From Rebecca billardiae RCC1528 (Eukaryota > Protista > Haptophyta), in assembly GCA_965240325.2 (NCBI GenBank), contig OZ251253.1, positions 124,001 through 188,000 on the forward strand: a stretch of 64,000 nt of DNA, read 5' to 3'. The translations under genes and the position numbers were made by a program. Below, piece after piece: positions 59,278 to 64,000 of the stretch. Positions within the stretch are counted from its first letter, which is position 1; each line of letters opens with the position of its first letter. The notes beneath the pieces were generated by a model. That model was not told the DNA's origin. It saw nothing but the letters and a program-made list of their open reading frames with translations, and did no database searches.

Positions 59278-61842
59278 ATGAGCACGAGCGGCCGGTACTA
59301 CGGCTCGGTCGACGTTGGGAGCCTCAACGACAAAGGTAATCAGCAGCGTTGGCTCGCGCAATCGGCGAGCAAGCTGGCGGCGCTACCGGCGGGGCAAGGT
59401 GCTACGATGTCCGCACTGAACGGCATCATCGTGACGCACGGCCCGAACGCGGAGCACCGCATCAACACGCTCGAGGAGTACAACTCGACGTGGGAGACAT
59501 TCAACCCATCCGCGGCGAAGATGATCAAGGTCAGTGCCGAGCGGATGGACCTGGCGCGTGAGAACTACGCGCTGCAGCAGCGGCTGCTCGACCATCGCCA
59601 CGAGCACGAGCGCCGCGAGCACGCCGAGCGCCGGGCCGCGGCGGAACGCGCGGCGGCGGCGGCGGCGGGGGCGAGGCAGGCGCCAAGCTACGCGCAGGCT
59701 GCCTCGGCGGGCGCGGGGAGTGGTTTAGCCACTCCGGGTGGCCCGACGGCGACCGGACCGGGTTCAGGTCCGGCGGCGGGCGGCGGATCCGGAATTTCTC
59801 CGGGTCCGGCGGCCGGCACACCCGGTCCGGGTGTGGGCACAGGCGGCGCGGCAGGTGCGCCGGCTGGGACTGACGGCGCGACGCCTGCGGGCGGCGCCGG
59901 CGTCGGCGCGGCGCCTACGGGCGGCGCCGGCGGGATCGGTGGCGCGGCGCCCGCGGGCGGCGCTGCCGTGACGCTCGATCCGCGCGCGCGCGAGCTCTAC
60001 CGCCGCGAGCGCGAGACCGAGGAACAGATGTATGAGCGGCAGGCGAGCGAGCACGCCATGCTGGACATAAAGCTCCGACAGAGCGTGTTGGAGGCAGCGC
60101 CGGACGGCGACGAGGCGGACCCCGCCAAGTACGCCGGGGCGCAGTACGAGAAAGGGACGGCTTTCTTACGCACCGAGCTGCGGTCGTGGGTGACGGAGGC
60201 TGCGTGGCAGCACATCAACCGCCTCATGGAGACGCAGCCGGAGGTGCAGGAGGAGCGCGCGCGCCGGGGCGCACTTACGCCGGGGCGCGAGTTTCTGTAC
60301 CTGTGGAAGACGATCCTGCGCATGCGCAAGCCCGACGACATGCGGAAGTACATGTCGGTGCGGGCACGCTGGCATCGGACGGTCCTGCCGGACTGCGGCA
60401 AGGACGGCGTCGGCGCACTCGAGCTCTTCCAGGTGCTACAGCACAACCACGTGCTGCTGCAGGAGCTGAGTGACGCAGCGCCAGCGGCGGAGATGCTTGC
60501 GCGGCTCATCGAGTTCATCCCGTCGGTGGGCGCGGGCATCGAGATGCGGACGCGGTACGAGTCGAAGGACTACAGGACCGTGACGAACTTCGACGTGCAG
60601 GAGCTCGTGCACGAGCTCAACGGCAAGTTCGAGGACTGGGACTTCTCCAAGGGCAAGCGGGTTGACCGCGGCGGCCCTGGGCGCCCAGGGGCGGGTGGCC
60701 GCATGCCAGGAGGCGGCGGGGCTACCCGCGCGCACCCAATCGACGGGCTCCGCCTGGCGCAGGCGGCAGCGGCGTCGGCGGGTGGCGGCGGCGGCGACAC
60801 GACGTCGCCGGCTGGCCGTGGTGGCGGCGGCGGAGGTCGTGGCGGTGGCGGCGGCGGCACTGGCCGTGGCGCCGGCCGCGGAGGCCAGGACAACTCCGAC
60901 GACGCGCACGGGCCGCGCTGCTACAAGTGCGGCGCCGTGGGGCATATCAAGCGTTACTGCCCGCAGGTGACGCAGGCTGATCGCGACTCGAACGCTGGCG
61001 ATGACGCGGCGTCGACGCGGTCGGATCGCAGCCGTGGCTCACATCGGAGCGGCGGTGGCGGTGGCGGCGGCGGTGGCGGGGGCAGCACCCGCGCCGTGGT
61101 CGGGAATGGCAACGGCGGCGGCACGGTCCGCACGCAGGTCGCGTTCGCTCCCGAGCAGGGAGACGAGCCCGACGGCGCCGTTGGTGGCGACGGTGACGCT
61201 GACGCCGGAGACGGCGGCGGCGGCGGCGCCGGACTCGGCTTGGCGCCTATTGGCGCGGCTATCGGCGGCAGGGCGCAGCGCGACGAGGACATTGAGATCG
61301 TCGCGGCGCGGGCGGCCGAGGCACGCGTGGCGCCGCCGGAGGACAACACGCGGGCGTTGGTGTTTGACACTGGCGCACGGAAGAACATCGCCATGGCCGA
61401 GGATTTGACGAATCTTACCCCGGTGGACGGCGCATGTCAGATCGAGTGGGGGAACGGTGCGCGGGAGCGGGTCACTCACCGCGGGACCCTGGTGGTCAAG
61501 CTTGCGGCGGACGACGACAGCGACAAGGTCCTCACGCTCGAGATCGAGGCGTGGGCGTCGCGGCGCGTCACGGCGCCGCTGCTGTCGGTCGAGCACTGCG
61601 CGGACGCAGGCATCGAGTTCCACTACTCGCACCGCGGCAACACTGCGGACTTTACGGCGCTGGGAGGCGGCGTCGTGCAGCTGCCGCGCGATTCCACGCT
61701 GCGCGCCGAGATTGTACGGCGCCAGGTGGGGCCGGACGTCGGCGATGCGCCGGCGGAGCAGCGCGCACGGCGCAGGGCGCCAGTGCGGCGCGTGGGCGCG
61801 GGGCGGGGGCGCGTTGGCGCTGCGCCGCCCCCAAACGCCTAA
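59278..61842 (+). CDS. gag: Copia Gag-protease ORF
   Basis: Zinc knuckle CYKCGAVGHIKRYC and aspartic protease LVFDTGA...IEWGNG; ends at TAA 61840-61842. Alternative ATG at 59221. Confidence 0.85.
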   Translation: MSTSGRYYGSVDVGSLNDKGNQQRWLAQSASKLAALPAGQGATMSALNGIIVTHGPNAEHRINTLEEYNSTWETFNPSAAKMIKVSAERMDLARENYALQQRLLDHRHEHERREHAERRAAAERAAAAAAGARQAPSYAQAASAGAGSGLATPGGPTATGPGSGPAAGGGSGISPGPAAGTPGPGVGTGGAAGAPAGTDGATPAGGAGVGAAPTGGAGGIGGAAPAGGAAVTLDPRARELYRRERETEEQMYERQASEHAMLDIKLRQSVLEAAPDGDEADPAKYAGAQYEKGTAFLRTELRSWVTEAAWQHINRLMETQPEVQEERARRGALTPGREFLYLWKTILRMRKPDDMRKYMSVRARWHRTVLPDCGKDGVGALELFQVLQHNHVLLQELSDAAPAAEMLARLIEFIPSVGAGIEMRTRYESKDYRTVTNFDVQELVHELNGKFEDWDFSKGKRVDRGGPGRPGAGGRMPGGGGATRAHPIDGLRLAQAAAASAGGGGGDTTSPAGRGGGGGGRGGGGGGTGRGAGRGGQDNSDDAHGPRCYKCGAVGHIKRYCPQVTQADRDSNAGDDAASTRSDRSRGSHRSGGGGGGGGGGGSTRAVVGNGNGGGTVRTQVAFAPEQGDEPDGAVGGDGDADAGDGGGGGAGLGLAPIGAAIGGRAQRDEDIEIVAARAAEARVAPPEDNTRALVFDTGARKNIAMAEDLTNLTPVDGACQIEWGNGARERVTHRGTLVVKLAADDDSDKVLTLEIEAWASRRVTAPLLSVEHCADAGIEFHYSHRGNTADFTALGGGVVQLPRDSTLRAEIVRRQVGPDVGDAPAEQRARRRAPVRRVGAGRGRVGAAPPPNA

Positions 61843-64000
61843 GCCCGGAACCCGCGCAGGTGCGAGCCACAAACACAACCACTACGGTATCTGATACCAC
61901 TACTACTACGGAGGCGGCGCGAGACGCTGATCCGGCGTGGTTACGCACTTGGTCGGTTCGAACGGGCACCAATGACCAACGTCTACTCGAGCGCACGCGA
62001 CGCGTGGCCGAGGGGATGGAGGGGGCGAACGCGCGGCGTGAGCCGCTTGACGAGCAGTCGGCGGCGGGCATGACGCGGCGGTCGTTCGCGGACGCGATGC
62101 CGACGGCGCACTACCCTGGGCAGGTGACGCACGTCGACATCTTCTCTATGGCGCGCATCGACTTACCAGTTGGGGCCGATGGCGCACGTGGAGGGTATCC
62201 TCATGGGATCATATTCATCGATGGGCATTCACGTCGATGGCAAGTGTACGCGCTACGCAGCTTGGATGACGCCGAGGTTGGTCGGGCATTCCGCTGGTAC
62301 GCGCAGTTGCTTGGAACAGGGGCCATGCACATGTCGCATTGGGTCCTGGCGTCGGGGTGTACTATGGCGCGACGTCATATTCACACCGACGGTGGCTCGA
62401 CGTTACTGAGTACGTACGTCGAGGGTGAGCTGGCGAAGCTTGGGTTCTCGTCGACGGTCACGTCGGCGCCCGACTCGCCGAGCTCGAATGGCGTGGCGGA
62501 ACGCGCTATCCGCACGCTGAAGTCGAGACTGCGCGCCACGGTCGTTGCGCGTGGAGTCTCGAGGGTCGATTGGCACTACGCGGCGTGGCACGCCTGCGCG
62601 TCGCGCAATCGACTGGCGTCACGTGGTATCATTCGTGACGATGGAGACATCGAGTGGCTCACGCCGGATGAGCTGTTCTTTGGGAAACGCCCGACGTGGA
62701 AGCATCACGTGGCGTTTGGCGCGCGCTGCCGCGTGCTGATGCTGGGCGCACGGCGCAATGCATTGGGGCAGCTGAAGCAGCGCGCACTACCCGGACGTGT
62801 CTATCTCTGGGGTGGGCACGGCGTGCAGTGGCGCGGTACATGGCGCTACGTGCTCGGGTACGTATGTCGTTTAGACGACGGACGTCTCGTTCACTCACGT
62901 GACGTACGCATCGACGAGACCGACCTGGTCGAGGGGGGGCACTCGTCGTTGGGCGCACCTGACGGTGGCGCGTACGTGGGTGATGGTGACGACGCCGCGG
63001 TAAGCGGCGGATATCGTCCAGTCGGCGGTGACGCCGACGGTGAGGACGAGGACGGCGATGGCGGCGAGACGCCAGCCGACGCCGGGGATGACGACGCGAC
63101 AGAGTTCGACGTCGGGTACGACGACGACGCAGATGCGTCAACGTCGGGGCGCGGGCGCAGCAGCGTGGACGCGGGACAACGCGGGTGCAGCAGCGCGGGC
63201 GCACAGCCGTCGACGCCGACGCCGCAGGGCGGGCGTGGCGGGGCAGGCGCGTCGATGACGCAGCCGGGTCGGCAGGATCAGATACCGCCGACGGAATCAC
63301 GGCGCGGGGCCGCAGCAGATGCTGGCGGGCCGCCGCGCGGCGCAGACGGTGACGACGGCGTGATCGAGGACGCGCCGCCGCCCGGCCTGGATATGGGACA
63401 CGATCCGCTTCGCAGGGATCGGACGTCGCGCCGACGGCCGCAGCTGCTTACTGCCGTCGTCAGCGCCGCGTCGGTGTTCCAGAAGATCAACGTGAAGGTG
63501 CCGACGAACTATCGCGAGGCGATGCGGTCGGCGGAGGCGCCCCAGTGGCAGGGCGCCATGCTCGAGCACTTGGAAGGTCACAAGTTGCTCGGCACCTCGG
63601 AGGAGGTGGTGGTTCCGGAGGGCACGCGGGTGTTGCCGAGCCAGTGGGTCTTTGACGTCAAGTCGAACCCGGAGGGCGAGGTGACGCGCTTCAAGGCGCG
63701 GTCGGTGCTACTGGGGAACCTACAGCGGCCGGGGATCGACTTTCAGGAGGTCTTTGCTCCGACGATCCGGCCGGAACAAGTGCGACTACTCGTGGCGATC
63801 GCCGCTCAGCAGGCTGGCGCGAGAGTTGACTTGGGTGCAGCGTCGGTTGCGGCGCTGGGCATACTGTCGAAGGGCGACGTCAAGGACGCGTACCTCAACT
63901 CGGAGTTGAAGCCGGATGAGCGGCCTCTCTTCTCATTCCCGCCGGGCTACGTGCCGAGCACGCAGGCGCCGCCGGGGTACAAAGTCGTGGGCCGGAGCCT
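61803..64000 (+). CDS. pol: Copia Pol (integrase + reverse transcriptase), in the -1 frame relative to gag; truncated by window edge
   Basis: Integrase HVDIF / HTDGG / SNGVAERAIRTL (DDE). RT VPTNYREAM..QWQGAM..PSQWVFDVK..FKARSVLLGNLQRPGIDFQEVFAPT..DVKDAYLN. All of these are in the same frame; no stop was seen in the stretches translated by hand. Confidence 0.88.

Larger units (their letters stand above)
58484..64000 (+). mobile_element. Ty1/copia LTR retrotransposon (5' part; runs off the window)
   Basis: Domain order gag-PR-IN-RT. A putative 5' LTR at ~58484/58500-58849 (TG...TCATTCA) is followed by TGGACGCCCG (PBS-like). LTR boundaries cannot be confirmed without the 3' LTR. Confidence 0.9.

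Noticed and set aside
1-64000. CRISPR arrays, tRNA or rRNA genes
   Set aside because: No regularly spaced repeat-spacer array, cloverleaf or rRNA-like sequence was seen; the repeats are microsatellites, coding repeats or two-copy duplications.

Overview
This is very GC-rich eukaryotic nuclear DNA. Short GT(G)-AG introns, Ala/Gly-rich low-complexity proteins and (CG)n/(GGC)n runs are consistent with a haptophyte alga such as the Pavlovales; that assignment is inference. Most long ORFs in the six-frame track are GC-driven shadow ORFs. Supported genes, in order: a CRAL-TRIO/Sec14 lipid-binding protein; a giant Ala/Gly-rich protein with IQ-like motifs and two CEP164-type WW modules; a Sulfotransfer_2-like protein; a coiled-coil/BRCT protein head-to-head with an Sfi1-repeat protein; a tandem array of four unknown 92-111 aa genes; a STRA6/RBP-receptor-like membrane protein with inserted Ig-like repeats, split by a frameshift in a (CG)10 run; a CFAP97-like protein; a two-repeat Shaker-like channel (TM-CNBD-ankyrin x2) head-to-head with a stand-alone MHYT protein; and the 5' part of a Ty1/copia retrotransposon. 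A ~2 kb non-autonomous TIR element, a nested MITE-like element and two tiny hairpin insertions flanked by direct repeats are also visible. The best candidates for new biology are the four-gene small-protein array, the STRA6-like receptor, the asymmetric two-repeat channel with its MHYT neighbour, and the frame change after the protease in the copia element. All family calls are from recalled motifs, not database searches.
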